In this document: in pieces, positions 1 to 12,600 of the stretch
How the letters are laid out: each line of letters opens with the position of its first letter
Numbering within the stretch: position 1 is the stretch's first letter
NCBI GenBank assembly: GCA_004764695.1
Contig: SMSO01000033.1
Coordinates: 2,666,001 to 2,730,000 of the forward strand
DNA length: 64,000 nucleotides
Origin: Schizochytrium sp. TIO01
Taxonomy: Eukaryota > Protista > Bigyra: Labyrinthulomycetes
Reading direction: 5' to 3'
Notes under the pieces: model-generated
Seen by the model: only the letters and a program-made list of their open reading frames with translations
The model's database searches: none
What the model was told of the DNA's origin: nothing
Program-made: the position numbers and the translations under genes

Positions 1-406
1 GGGCACATCGCTTCAAGGTAAGTGTTGAACTTGGCTCTTGGACGCAGTTTTTTGGGTGGGAGGGTACTTTAAGATGCATTGCGAAACTATGAATATTTAC
101 TGACTGACCATTTATTTGTGACAACTGATTTCGTCGATTAATTATTTCTCATCAGTGAAAACACTGGAGCTTCGTTGTGGACTGATGGTACTACGTGTGA
201 AACGTGAAAGTTTTGAGGATTGTCGCTCGCTTCTTGAAGACGCGCATGACATTGGAGGGCACGGCCCAGTAAAGCTGCAGATTGTGCATGTTGCTGGAAG
301 TACTCGACTTATGCAAAACGCAATGGAAAGAATTCATAAAGCGATTCCCTCTTTCTCAAGGGTCCCAGAGAAATGCTGGAAAGAAATAATCGCCAATGCA
401 TCTTAA
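1..406 (+). CDS. 3' end of a spliced gene entering from the left edge (exon <1-17, intron 18-155, terminal exon 156-406); product unknown
   Basis: Donor AAG|GTAAGT at 17/18, CTGAC branch-like motifs near 99-109, acceptor TTTCTCATCAG|TG at 155/156. Splicing gives in-frame GTSLQ-V-KTLELRCG... to TAA at 404-406. Confidence 0.5.
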
Positions 407-1060
407 TGAAAATCGTCTGATCTGTCTAAGTTGCTGTGTCACGAGGCAATGAAGCGTTTTAGCATTGTAAATACAATTTTGATTATGTTAGGACTATTTC
501 TTTTCTAAAGTTTGTCTTCTTTTCTGAATCTATTGAGCTTCTCGGGGTTTGAAATTTCCTGTGGTGTCAATAGAGGAATATAAATTGATTCTCAGATCTT
601 ACCCTTCTTTGCAGTCTTTGTGAATTTGAAACTCGCGTTCCTATTGTTTAAGAAATTATTTGAACACAATCTGTGTATATCAAAATATACTGAGAAGACT
701 AGCCATGCTATGCAACCTCATGAGGTAAAGGGAAAATATGTATTAGCATCATAACTAATAACATTTTCCAGGCGCATTTGGTCCGATCTTCTTCTTAGTA
801 TATATACAATCTCGATTTATAGAGATCCGTTACCCTGGTCATTTTTTACCAATATGTGTACAAGGGAGTTTACCAAAGCGCAACATAAATAGTTTTCTCT
901 CAAATTTATTAGGAAGAGTTTATAGTAGCGTAGTGAACCAGCTATAGAGTCAAGATTACAAAGCGGATCATCGCAAGGCAAAAGCAAGCCATGCTTGAAG
1001 AGGAGGAAGAAGGACAAGAAGAGCCTTTTCATCGTGCTGAAGAGCTGTATCCTGGTTGTG

Positions 1061-2302
1061 ATGGCCTCGTCCGACGGGCGCCCTCAGGATATCAAGAAGG
1101 CAGCCTTGAGTTACAGAGGAGTTGAGAACCCAGAGGCTCTGGGGCGATGGTGGGAACACCCATTCATGCACGAACTTGAAGAAGAGAATCGACACGAGGT
1201 TCAACTCGCACAGGAAAATGATGTGCATTGTAAAAGACAGGACCAAGTTGAGTGGGCAGCTATGAGAGATTTTAATGTTGGTGCCCATGTAACTTTAAGC
1301 CAGCGTGGTGGCTTAAAGGAATGGTTTGCTAGCGTTGATGCTGACAATAGTGGTTCAGTCTCACTTCTGGAACTCGCTGATCCATTGCTGACAACCGGAG
1401 TTGCGGAAAGCATCGAAGAATGCGTGGAAATTTTCAAGGTTATCGATGAAGATGGCTCTGGGGAGATAGACTTTGATGAATTCCTTGAGCTTGTTACTAT
1501 CAAATCTTCTGGCCGTCTTTGTCGTATGCGCCTGCAATGGCAACGTGCAATGGGCAAAATCCCAACAATGGTGTCCGAGACAGAGCGCAGGGCAGCAATT
1601 GATGCTGCGAAAGCTGATGGTATCCTTGCCATTTGCGAAGCTCTAAAGAAAGATGAGCACAATTCATTGACGTTGATGTCGGCCATTGTTTTTGAACGCC
1701 GCAAATTCTTGAGTCAAGCTGTCATGGAAGATGCGTCAAGGTATCGTGTTCGGTTTAGCAAGAAGCAGTTTAGTGCAATCCAGAATCTTCTTTTTAGTAC
1801 GCCAGAAGAACGAGAGGCTGCACTTTGTCATGTAACTGAAAAGGATGCTGCAAAAGCACGTTTGCTAACTCCTTACAAGCTTGTATCATATCAGCGACCA
1901 GAACCAAACCCCAAGCTATTTCGAACTCATAAACTCCCTTGGAAAAACGACAATACAGAAATGGAGACACAAGATAACCATACGGTAGTTGAGGACCAAG
2001 GGATGTCACCGCCGTGGCCTCGTCGATCAAAGGTTCTTCCACGGCTTCAAAAACGACCAATCGTTTTCCGAAAACAAGCTCAGGTAGGCATGCGATCAAA
2101 AGTATCCACAACAGCACTGGAGGACCAAGAGGAGCTTTATCTGGCAATGGATCGTGCCAGAGATCATGGGCGGATTGATGTAACAGCTGATGTAGTAGTA
2201 CAAGGCGCAAATACGAGATTGAATCGCATAGCGTCAGAGCGTGCCATGCACCGCAAGAACATGACATTATTTAAGGACTGGCTTCAACATCCATCATACT
2301 AG
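1061..2302 (+). CDS. EF-hand calcium-binding protein (EF-hand pair plus long C-terminal extension)
   Basis: Long ORF; first in-frame ATG at 1061 (the track start at 995 is TTG). Canonical loops DADNSGSVSLLEL and DEDGSGEIDFDEF. Confidence 0.75.
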   Translation: MASSDGRPQDIKKAALSYRGVENPEALGRWWEHPFMHELEEENRHEVQLAQENDVHCKRQDQVEWAAMRDFNVGAHVTLSQRGGLKEWFASVDADNSGSVSLLELADPLLTTGVAESIEECVEIFKVIDEDGSGEIDFDEFLELVTIKSSGRLCRMRLQWQRAMGKIPTMVSETERRAAIDAAKADGILAICEALKKDEHNSLTLMSAIVFERRKFLSQAVMEDASRYRVRFSKKQFSAIQNLLFSTPEEREAALCHVTEKDAAKARLLTPYKLVSYQRPEPNPKLFRTHKLPWKNDNTEMETQDNHTVVEDQGMSPPWPRRSKVLPRLQKRPIVFRKQAQVGMRSKVSTTALEDQEELYLAMDRARDHGRIDVTADVVVQGANTRLNRIASERAMHRKNMTLFKDWLQHPSY

Positions 2303-2491
2303 TTTTGAAAAGAGATTGAGTGCTTGCAATAAAAATTATCTCTCTTTCAATCTTTTTCACAAACTAAGACTTTTCCTGGCGTTATGTTTTCGTCCTAAAA
2401 CCGACAACCACGGTTTTTAAAAAAATAAAAGTAAACCAAATGAATATGAATATTGCAAATTTATGTGTATGTTATGTTAGTTTGCTTAAGA

Positions 2492-5359
2492 CTAAACTTC
2501 AGCGACAGAATCATTTACATTTGTAGAAGGGGGGGGCGAGCCTTCCTTTTCCTCTTCTTGTGCATTTTGCTGTTCCCCATCAATGACCACTTCAACACCT
2601 GGTTGTGTTATATCCTCAGATAGATTGTTGTTGTTGTTGCTGTTGTTGCTGTTGTTGCTGCTACTTTGAGAGGTACCCTGTGCTACATCCTCATTGGCAG
2701 ATGGATCATACTTAGCACGTTTCCTCTGACGAAAGTCAGAATCGTCTTCGTTGAAGTCAGATGACTCATGGCCTTCGCCACCTCGCTTTCGCTGATGGTG
2801 TTGGTGTTGAGAGCCACTCTCGACTCCAGATTCATCTCCAAGATGGTGCTGTTGGTCCTCGAGTTGGTCTTGCCCTTGTCCATCAGTCAAGTGATCTTCT
2901 TGAACATGCTGACTTTGCCCTTGTCCGTCTTCCTGCAGCTGTTGATGATGGTGATGGACATCATGACCTTGCAGTTCGAGTTCAAGTTGATGTTCCTGCT
3001 GATGGGTGTGCTCTTGCTGCGCGTCATCTCCATGACGAAGATTGTCATCGGATGTATGGACTTCGAGTGCATGCTGATGAATGAGTTCCTCGTTGTTTTG
3101 ATGATCATCATGCGGGAGCTCTGACTCCTCAACCCGGTGCACCGCCTCTTCATCCTCGCCACTCTCCATTCCATGGTGTTGGTGGTGATGATGGTGTTCA
3201 TGCAGATGTTCATCGTCCACAATATCACTTTCCTGAACAACTTCGTTTTCTTCGTGATCCTCAGTGGGATAAGTATGTGCATTTTCCTCGTGCTCTTGCA
3301 ACATTGCCAAGTGCTCTTCATGCTGGCGGCGGTGCTCTTCTTCATCTTCATCCACATAATCCACAACCTTGCCCTCATCTAAGTGTTCGCTTTCCTCTGC
3401 AGCAGTGGCCATTTGGACCTGGCGCTCGTGCTCTTCTTGTGCTTCGTCAACAGCTGCAAGGTCGGAGGAACCTTGGATAGCTTCGTCGTCTACAATATCC
3501 TCCTGATGATCGCTACTAATTTGGTCAACAGTATGGTTGCCTGCGCCAAGCTGCATGAGATGTTGTTGATGCTGTTGTTCTGCTTCGTCTTCTGCATCAT
3601 CGTCAAATTCTTCGGTGTGTTCAACATGGTGGTGCTCATCACCTTCATCAACTTCGTGGTGATGCGCATGCTCGTGGTGATGAAGAAGATGATGGTGTTC
3701 ATCATCAGCATGCTCAGCATGTTCAACGTGCTCCATATGCTCAGCCTGCTCGGCTTGCTCAACAGCCCGCATATGCTCTTTCACATCTTCGTCATTGTGA
3801 TCTTCGATTTGGCCTTCTTCGACCATATGCTCCTCCTCTGTAGAGACCACCTGACCGGCCTCATGCAGATGTTGTTCAGTGTGTGCACGGTGCAATGCTT
3901 CTGCTTCAGCATCAGCATCAGCATCATCAAGGTGATGGTGCTCGACAATGGTATCCTCCACATCGTCACCATGCTCCAAGTGATGATGGTGATGTTCCTC
4001 GAGGTCGACATCTTCAGCGGTATCATGAACAACTCCACCCTGGTCTGCAAGCTGGTGGATATCATGATGATGAATGTGGTGAACATCATCAACGTCAATA
4101 GCACCATCTTCTGCAAGTGCACTATTAGCCGCTGCCGCATCCTGTTCCTGAGCAGCACGTAAAGCTTCCATCTCTGCATCAGTATCTTCATCCACAACGT
4201 GTGAAGTATCCATGTCCATGTGATGATGATGATGTGCAGAGTCGCCCGAAACATCCATAGGAACATCTGCTGCAACAGCAGCTTCCACGGCTTGTAAATG
4301 GTGTGCCTCGTCTTCGTCCATCTCTTCGTCTGGAATCTCGATCACAGTTGTAAGCCGCTGCTGATGGTCCTCCTCTTCGACTGCTGGTGGTGTTGGTGGC
4401 TGCTCCTCCTGCAACTGTTCCTGTTGCTTTTGCAAAAGCTGTTGTTGTTGTTGCTGCTGCAACTCCTGCTGTTTTCGTTGTTGTAATTGTTGTTGCTGTA
4501 ATTGTTGTTGCTGTAACTGTTGTTGTTGCAACTGTTGTTGCTGTAATTGTTGTTGTTGCAATTGTTGTTGTTGCTGCTGTTTTTGTTGTATCTGTAGCTG
4601 CACCTGCTGCTGCTGCTGCCGCCTCCTCTCTTCTTGCTCCCGGAGCAGTCTTTCCTCGCGTTGTGTCTGCTCGACGGCCTTCTGATGCTCTCGCATGAGT
4701 TCTTCTTGTTCGCGCAAGGCCTCCGCTGAAAGCGCAGTCTGGTCGACATCCTCCATGTTTTGATCCTCCATTTCCACGTCGCGAGCAGCATCTGGAATCG
4801 CGTTTTCGAGCATCTGGCGATCGATCTCGACTTGACGCAAGTGCTCTGCGTACTCGGCTTGGTCGAATTCCACATCTTGGTTGTCCTCGTCCATTTTGTG
4901 TTCCTCCATTTCGTCGTCGTCGTCGTCTTTGAGGTGCATTGATACGTAATCGCTGTTTTGTTCTTCGCGCTCGACATCACGAACCAAATTCCTCCACTTA
5001 TCTTTCAGATGAACACTGGTTCTGACCTCATGAAACTTGTTTCTGTAGCGCTGGAGAATACTGGCCCAAGGGTTCTTTTGCTGTCCAAGTTCACTAAAGC
5101 CTTGTTTTAGATAATGCACTTCCATATCTGACCATTGTATTTTTTGATGGCCAAATAGTGCATCGCCGCGTTTTGTGGGATCGAGCCGAACGATATTTCT
5201 CCACTTGTCTTTAAGATCAACGGAGGTGCGCCGTGCGTTGAACTCATACTGGCTCAAAATCTTGCGCCATTTCTGTCGCGCGTCCTTGAACTTTTCTACA
5301 CCTTCAACCAAGTTTGCAATTTCCTGCTCTGTGAACGGGATACGTGGCCGGCGGTTCAT
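2492..5359 (-). CDS. Telomere-repeat-binding-factor-like protein: two N-terminal telobox Myb domains, then polyQ and acidic/His-rich low-complexity tail
   Basis: 955-aa ORF. FTEQEIANLVEGVEKF...WRKIL...RTSVDLKDKWRNI and WSDMEVHYLKQG...WASIL...RTSVHLKDKWRNL both match the TRF/telobox LKDKWRN signature. Confidence 0.85.
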   Translation of the reverse strand: MNRRPRIPFTEQEIANLVEGVEKFKDARQKWRKILSQYEFNARRTSVDLKDKWRNIVRLDPTKRGDALFGHQKIQWSDMEVHYLKQGFSELGQQKNPWASILQRYRNKFHEVRTSVHLKDKWRNLVRDVEREEQNSDYVSMHLKDDDDDEMEEHKMDEDNQDVEFDQAEYAEHLRQVEIDRQMLENAIPDAARDVEMEDQNMEDVDQTALSAEALREQEELMREHQKAVEQTQREERLLREQEERRRQQQQQVQLQIQQKQQQQQQLQQQQLQQQQLQQQQLQQQQLQQQQLQQRKQQELQQQQQQQLLQKQQEQLQEEQPPTPPAVEEEDHQQRLTTVIEIPDEEMDEDEAHHLQAVEAAVAADVPMDVSGDSAHHHHHMDMDTSHVVDEDTDAEMEALRAAQEQDAAAANSALAEDGAIDVDDVHHIHHHDIHQLADQGGVVHDTAEDVDLEEHHHHHLEHGDDVEDTIVEHHHLDDADADAEAEALHRAHTEQHLHEAGQVVSTEEEHMVEEGQIEDHNDEDVKEHMRAVEQAEQAEHMEHVEHAEHADDEHHHLLHHHEHAHHHEVDEGDEHHHVEHTEEFDDDAEDEAEQQHQQHLMQLGAGNHTVDQISSDHQEDIVDDEAIQGSSDLAAVDEAQEEHERQVQMATAAEESEHLDEGKVVDYVDEDEEEHRRQHEEHLAMLQEHEENAHTYPTEDHEENEVVQESDIVDDEHLHEHHHHHQHHGMESGEDEEAVHRVEESELPHDDHQNNEELIHQHALEVHTSDDNLRHGDDAQQEHTHQQEHQLELELQGHDVHHHHQQLQEDGQGQSQHVQEDHLTDGQGQDQLEDQQHHLGDESGVESGSQHQHHQRKRGGEGHESSDFNEDDSDFRQRKRAKYDPSANEDVAQGTSQSSSNNSNNSNNNNNLSEDITQPGVEVVIDGEQQNAQEEEKEGSPPPSTNVNDSVAEV
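4440..4618 (-). repeat. Polyglutamine-coding CAA/CAG tract with 15-nt (QQQQL) periodicity
   Basis: Repeated TTGTTGTTGCTGTAA-like units on the + strand inside the telobox gene. Confidence 0.9.
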
Positions 5360-6997
5360 ACTGCTGCCAGAATATGGCAGCTAGCTTTCGCCAGCTCGCT
5401 CGCCGTTTCTGAGAGTTACCTTCGTTTGTTTAAGTTTTTCACAATCCAATCTCTTGCTAATATGTTGTTTCCTTCTTGGCGTCGCTCAAGAAGCTCGAAA
5501 GAATGCTTGATGTAATTCTAACTAGAACTACCTCAACCGGGCAGTGCACTAACCAAAGAGTCTAGGTTATCCTTGCGTCGGTATCTGTGTATTCTCTTCT
5601 TTAATGTAATGGGAATTTGAGCCAAACGGTTACGTGCAGAGCAAAGAATATCACGAATTCAACAAGCAAGCAGGAACCCCTTAATTTATCCACGAAGTCT
5701 CAGCTGACTGAAGCCTCTGAGACCTGACAGTATCACAGTATCGTACAGGTTCCAAATTAGACAAGACCTGGGTACGGGAATTCTCCACACCCCTCAATAC
5801 CAGTTACAAAGCCTTCACCGACGCTACGTATTATATACACTCCCTCAAATACGCCCACGTCAACTGCACCTGACCTGGCGTGAGTTTCTGCCTTATGCTA
5901 GCCTCACGTAACTTGAGAGTACGAACCTATCCCACGTTCCCAGAACCAATCTAAACTCTGTTGTACAACCAAAATATAACAATAAAGGACTCCACACGAG
6001 ACAAGTATACTGTACAAAAACAACCGAGCAGTTCTTCACACGCAGTGCTCGCCACAACCAAATGAGCGCACGAAACCCAGTCACAGAAATCTCTCTAAGC
6101 ACAGATCGCCCCAGATGCCACAAATGAAACGCGTGACAAACGCAACCAAAGACACAGAGAAACGTACAAAGGGAAGGCCGGTTCTGAGCGCCTCAGGCCC
6201 GCGCGAGAGCGGCTGTGGCAGGTAGCGCGGGCCAAAGACGGGTTTCTGTTCGAAGTTCCTACGCCCTGTATGCTGTACTCAGCAGTTTGAAAGCAGGTGC
6301 TGCGCAGATCCGACGGGGGGAAGGAAATGTGAAATGGGATTGGTGCTGGCCGATGTTGATGAGCCACGAATTGCCTGCCTGGCTACCTGTCTGTCTCAAA
6401 GGGAGAGATTAGAAGGATCCTAGCGGAGGCGGAGCGGAGCGAAGGGCCCGGGCTCGCCCCGCCGCGGAAGCACGGCGCTAGACGCGCAGCAAAGTCCACG
6501 CCGGAGTGGCGCTCTGCCACGCCTCCCCGCCAAGAGGTGTGTCGGAGAAACTACCTTAGCATCCCCCCCACCTCATGCTTGACAAGAACCACACAATACT
6601 TCTCAAGTACACCCAGTCACCAATTATTCACTCATTAGCAACCCAAGCTTTTAAATCAGGGAACCATGGGGGTATATAAGGAGTAATAAGGGTAGGGAAA
6701 AATAAGTTAGACCGGGGAAAAAGAATGTGAAGGCACAATAAGGAGAAGAGGTACCCCCCCAGATCAATTCTAGAGAGCGCCGGTTTAACTATAAGACACC
6801 TATTTCTCCGTGAGGGAAGGAGTGAAAAAAATAAAGAGGCCTAAATGTAAAGAAGAGGTCTAAACCAAACGGCTTGGTAAAGCGCACTTCGGACACAGAA
6901 TTGGAATACGCAAGGCGAGAGCGCGATAGCTCGTGGACTTTCATGGCAAAAGAACTTCGACCCAAGGTCTTTAAGACGACCGATTATTTGCAAGAAA

Positions 6998-8632
6998 ATG
7001 TCGGGTCTGACATCGAAGGCGTTTGATCTGACCCTCATCAGAAGGGCTGAAGAAATGCAAAACGACGATGCCAGAATGCAAGATGTACGCGAGGTACTCG
7101 GGTATCGCAGGTCAAAGGCGTATACTAAGATGCTAGAACGCGCTGGAGTACCCAGCAACGCGCTAATGTACCTTCCAGAAATGAAACCTGCGGAGAGCTT
7201 TCCATTGGGCCATCGCACGTCGAAGCTACTGAAAAGGATTGAGTTTCACTATGAACATAAACCAAGGAAAAAGGACATTCTGGGAGACGATGAAGGAACT
7301 CTTCGCGAAAATGAAAATGACTATGCAAACAATGCATCAGATCAAAGCAAGGACATCAACAACAACAATGCCGAGGATGCAAATACGGACTCGACTGGCT
7401 CAGAAGGCGACGACGATAGCGATAGTGATAGTGACGACGATGACGATGACGACAGCAAAAATGATGAGTCTTCCATTTCAGAGGTCGAGCTGGAGTCAGA
7501 ATCATCATCATCTTCAGAAGAATCCAGTGAAGCTGATGGTGATAGTGAACATGACATAAATCGAGGTCGAGTTGATGCATGGGATGACTTTCGCGATGAG
7601 CTACGTGCTAACAGAGTGGAAGAACCCCCTCGCGTAGTTACTGGTCGATTGCACTCACGCGATCCTTCAGACTATGTGGTACCCGACTTGACGAACATTG
7701 ACCAAGATCTTGAACTTGGCGCGCAGGAAGACCCGGTAGTTCCTGGTATACCCGGTTTCGCCTCGCAGCCTCGGCCCATAGAAAAGGATCGCGGAGCTAA
7801 AAAATTCTATAATTACGTCGGACGCTGGGAAGCAGGAAAGCTCTGTGGCGAAGGGATTTATGTCTTTGCTGATGGAGGTACTTATCGTGGGGCATGGATT
7901 GACAGTCTCCCACAAGGACAAGGCAAGTCGGAATATCCTGATGGATCCTGCTACAGCGGCGCGTGGCTTAAGGGTACCAAACATGGCTACGGTGTATACA
8001 CTAGTCCCAATGGGACTAAATTTGAAGGGTACTATGAAAATGGAAAGCGATCTGGTCAGGGTAAACTTACTCTCCCTTCCAAAGTTTATTATGAAGGTGA
8101 TTTTTGGAATGGGACTTTCCACGGTCGCGGAGTTATGCGGTCCCCCATGGGATATGAATTTTCTGGGAATTGGGTACGTGGTTTTATTCAGGGAACGGGA
8201 GCTTTGATTGAGCCAGACGGCACCCGAACTGTCCGAAACTGGGCCAAACCTATAACATTTCGGCGTGTAATTACTAAAGTAAAGGATGATCGGGCCTCGA
8301 ATTTGCAACGCAGGCATGATTTTCATGATCGTTTACGTGCATTACTCTTTGATTTTGACCTTCAGCGTAAAGTTCGAAGAATTCGTGCCCAATTTGAGCA
8401 AGATGAGATTGACCGGATTGAAGCTGAGCGTGAGGAGCTGAATCGCCTTCGTTATGAAAGGAGGGAGCAAATTCGCAAGGCTAAGGAAGATGCTCTCCGA
8501 GGTCTCAATGGAGAAGAAGAGGAAGGTGGCGAAGGAGAGGAAAGTGAAGAGGAAGATGACGACGACGATGAAGAGGAAGGTGACGATGATGAGGATGAGG
8601 ATGAGGATGAGGATGAAATGGCTAAAAACTAG
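6998..8632 (+). CDS. MORN-repeat protein with acidic tracts and C-terminal coiled coil
   Basis: Six 23-aa repeats: YVGRWEAGKLCGEGIYVFADGGT, YRGAWIDSLPQGQG, YSGAWLKGTKHGYG, FEGYYENGKRSGQG, YEGDFWNGTFHGRG, FSGNWVRGFIQGTG. Confidence 0.88.
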   Translation: MSGLTSKAFDLTLIRRAEEMQNDDARMQDVREVLGYRRSKAYTKMLERAGVPSNALMYLPEMKPAESFPLGHRTSKLLKRIEFHYEHKPRKKDILGDDEGTLRENENDYANNASDQSKDINNNNAEDANTDSTGSEGDDDSDSDSDDDDDDDSKNDESSISEVELESESSSSSEESSEADGDSEHDINRGRVDAWDDFRDELRANRVEEPPRVVTGRLHSRDPSDYVVPDLTNIDQDLELGAQEDPVVPGIPGFASQPRPIEKDRGAKKFYNYVGRWEAGKLCGEGIYVFADGGTYRGAWIDSLPQGQGKSEYPDGSCYSGAWLKGTKHGYGVYTSPNGTKFEGYYENGKRSGQGKLTLPSKVYYEGDFWNGTFHGRGVMRSPMGYEFSGNWVRGFIQGTGALIEPDGTRTVRNWAKPITFRRVITKVKDDRASNLQRRHDFHDRLRALLFDFDLQRKVRRIRAQFEQDEIDRIEAEREELNRLRYERREQIRKAKEDALRGLNGEEEEGGEGEESEEEDDDDDEEEGDDDEDEDEDEDEMAKN

Positions 8633-9612
8633 GTATTTAATTCATTTAGTATATTTGTACATTTACCTGATCAGCAAGGCAAAGTTTAGTTGCACTCTTT
8701 CTACTAAAAGCGACACCTTTAAGTTTAGTTCTAATTAAAAGCGCTTGGCAAGGGGAGTGGAAAGTATTGCATTGACCAATGCGCTTTCTCGATGTATGAT
8801 TAATAACCTACTCGACGTTGCTACCGTCCACGTGAAATATCATGACTGGATCTGGATCTCAAGTCACGCCTCCACACAATGCCAAGACACAATTTTGTAT
8901 CAAAAAGATTAATCATTATTTGTTGCCATCAATTGAAACACGCAAAGAGAGCAGAGAGCAAGACCCCTTGGCAAGGACTCTATATGAGTTATTCCGTCAG
9001 TGACTCGAATCCACATTTAATGTAGAATTGACATACTCCCTCGTTTTCAGGATTATTCTCTTTATTTATTTAATTCGTTTTAAAGGCTCGGTTTAAAGAC
9101 TTAACTATCTCTTCGCCCCTTTTTCCTTCGTCTCCTTCTATCTTCTTCCTCGGTGGAAATCTACCACCTTCCTTCATCTTAATGAAACGTATACATTCAT
9201 GCGCAAGAAATTGAGCAGCATAATACGGAATGCCCAAAAGGTTTGACAAGGTTTTCAAAGGATGTTCTTCTGCTTGATGATGATGGGCGAATGTATAGCA
9301 AGCTTTCTACAGAGCAACGAGTTTTTCTTTCGCTTGATATTATTTGAAAAGGAAAGCAGAACCTGCCTTGCTATAGGGCACTCAGAATAATAGAAGAGAT
9401 TGTCCGAGGATTCAAAATGGGCAACCAGACAGAATAAGGAAAAGAAAAAGCAATCAGAGGAAATGGCACATTGTAGGTTTTACTAAATTATACGAATAAT
9501 GAAATGTATAAAGGCCTCGGACCCAAACTTTGCTTTGCGTCATGTATCAGAAAAGAACAATATATATGGAAAGGTTGATCTTACTGCCCTTGACACGATT
9601 GGGTAATCAATC

Positions 9613-12600
9613 TCAAACTTCATCCTTGGAAATATTTTCAGAATGCGTTGGCTGCTGTGCAACCCATTGCTGACGAATTTGCACTTGTTCGACTCGAGCT
9701 CGACCCATACTAAGGGCTTTGTTGAGACCCTTGGCTCGAAGGCGCTCTGGAGTAGTGGGTGGTTGCTTGCGTTTCCTCAATGATTGACGTGGGCTCGACC
9801 TAGGGGAAGACACCATTTGAATGTCTGCTTCAGAAGAGCTAGTCTCGGCTTTAGGAACATTTTGTAGCAACATATCAAGAATAATTTTAGCAGCTTTTTT
9901 GTCGAGGCGTGCATTGTATTCGGAACAGTTGGCATGGGCAAGGCATCCTAAACAACCAGCCACTGCTGTGCACTTGCAATTGTCGAGTGTCTCCTTGCAA
10001 GTTTGCAACAGCGGGAGCATTTTTCCAAAGGCTGCCTCTGCAATACCCAAGCCTCCGGGGCAATTATCAAAAATCATCAATCGAGGCGGCTTTGGTCTTT
10101 TGATATAGGTTGCATCATGCTCAGTGCCAACATTTGTTGTATGACACATTATGTGCAATTGGACAAACTTCGAAAGCATATGGTTTATGCCATGGATTCC
10201 TGCTCTCACGTCCCGCTTCGCTTTGGCAACAGCGATCTGAATTTCTGTCGAGAGGTCAACCCATGCCGCCTGTGTCTCAAAGAACAATGATGGCAATGTG
10301 AACTCATGCATCTCAAAAATGCGCCCTGAGCGGAGCCATATCTTTCGATAGCCCCATACAGAGCGTTCAATCTGCACTGCTCCGCAGTGCACATCAACAT
10401 CGGGCAACAGACGATCGGTTTCAAAACGACCCATAACCTTCACGTAGTTGCAGTCACGGGGGGATGTATAGTAGTTCACATGCGTGGGGTGTGCCCATGC
10501 TTTGTAGGTGTTCAAGTCTAACTTGGAAACCAAATAGCTTCGGCCTTGGTGCATATAAATTGCGCCTGGATACAGCTCGAAGAGGGCCCGTGAGTAAGGA
10601 ATTGTGTCCATTAAACGGTCACCATTGTACAATTCAAAGGTCACAGGATCAACAATACGAAGACTGACATTGTTCCACGGCTTGCTCAGCTTTGGATGTG
10701 TCTCGTAAACAAGCTCGTTCACTCCTACTTGAGATGTATGTAGCCTTTTTAAAGCAAGATTATCTTCTACTAGCTGGTCTAGTGTGAGTGATAACGTTTT
10801 TTTATCACGATCTCGGACACCTCCGAACAGCTTATAATCTTCCTCGTCACGGAAGGGCTTTTCGTACATTGCACACAAAAGATGGTCCTTCAGAACGTAC
10901 TTGTTGAATGGATCAAGCACCGCTCGCTCCACACGTGTACGGTCTAGGAGCTGGTCAGGATGTTCCGCAAAGTACTGGTCTGTGGGGCCATTAAAACAAA
11001 CAAACAGCGCTAGGGCATCTTTGCCAGACCTGCCGGCACGGCCAATTTGCTGCCACATTGACGCAGCACTTCCAGGGTACCCAAGAAGGATAACAGCGTC
11101 AAGATGACCAACATCAATGCCAAGCTCCAGTGCACAAGTAGCTGTAACGGCAATAAGGCGGCCATTAAATAATTTATCTTCAATGACTCTGCGCTCTTCC
11201 ATTTGGTACCCACCACGATAGCCAGCCACGAGGTCTGCAAGATGAGGCTGACCCTGGGCAAATGTTGCTGCCAGATCTCGTGTTTTATTGCCTGTATCGT
11301 AGACTTTGCCTTTATAACCTTGTTTTAACTCATCGTGTGTGTAGCGAAGAACAAGTTCCGTAAGTTTACGTGTGCGACAAAATGCCATTGTTTTGACTCC
11401 TAATCTCGTGAGAGCAGCTAGCAGCAGAGCCGTCTCAAAAATTGAGGATTTCCGATCTAGTTGTTGCTCTTCTAAAAGTTCTGGAATGATAAGTTTAGGC
11501 TTGGCTCTACTCTTTGGCAACTTTCCCTCCTGTAAATGGGTCCTTTTGCCTGCGTTTTCGACTGGTGGTAATGGAATATCAAGGTCATCATCAACTTCTC
11601 CTGTTATTGCAGCCTCTGCAGCAGCTGCTGCTGCCTCGTCGACTGCCTTCTCCTTTCCTTTGGCTTTGTCACCTGAAGGTCGCTGACTTGGGTGTAACGG
11701 CGGATTCCAAATGCCAAATAAACGACGTCCGCAAGGTGACCCATCCATATCATCGCCAACGGAAAACAACTCTCGAGGACTTGCAGGGCAAAGTAAGTGG
11801 AATAGTTCAACCGGATTAGCAATTGTGGCACTACATGTAAAGAATTGGGGTGGATCCAGAGCGTATAGACTACAAACACGTTGAAGGCGTCTCAGGACAC
11901 AAGAAACGTGTGAACCAAAAATGCCATGATATGAATGTGCCTCATCAATGATGACGAAACGCAATCCACGCAAAAATGATTGCCACTGGCGATGTTGTGG
12001 AAGAATTGACACGTGCAGCATGTCAGGATTGGTAATGATAATTTCTGCATCCTTTCTAATTTCCTCGCGATCAGCATGAGCGGTATCACCATCATATGTA
12101 CTCACTCGAACGCGTCGACCAGACCGTACCCCTATTGCCCGAGCTAGGCGTCTCGAAGACAACAGTTGGTCTTGCGCAAGGGCTTTCGTCGGAAAGATAT
12201 ACAACGCGGTCACGTTTCGCTCCCTATCAGGAAGCTCCGATTCCTCTGCTTCAGCCATCGAATCATCGAAGTACCCTCCAGGAGCAGAGGCAGGTTCAGC
12301 ATGTGTTTCTTCACCGGTATACTCGACAAGATTTCCATCTGTGAGCATTGCTTGGAAAACAGGAACACCAAAGATGAGACTCTTTCCAGAAGAGGTCGAT
12401 GTAGAGACAACTATGTTGCATCCTCTGCGCGCTGCATCAATCGCCATTGCTTGGTGCCGAAAGAAACGGCTGATGCCAAAATCCTGTGCAAGACTCTCAA
12501 CAAGATCGCTGTGAAGTGATGTTTCCAGTTCTGCAAATTTCATTTCGCGAGAGGGGTATAGGTGGGTATACTCCAACTGGGATTCATAGAAAGGGCAATC

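Noticed and set aside
2683-4980. Many overlapping ORFs within the telobox gene (also within 56329-57291 and 63390-63947)
   Set aside because: Alternative-frame or antisense products of low-complexity coding sequence.
6170-6560. GC-rich patch between the divergent telobox and MORN genes as an ncRNA
   Set aside because: No tRNA/snRNA signature. Likely promoter sequence, but no specific element can be supported.
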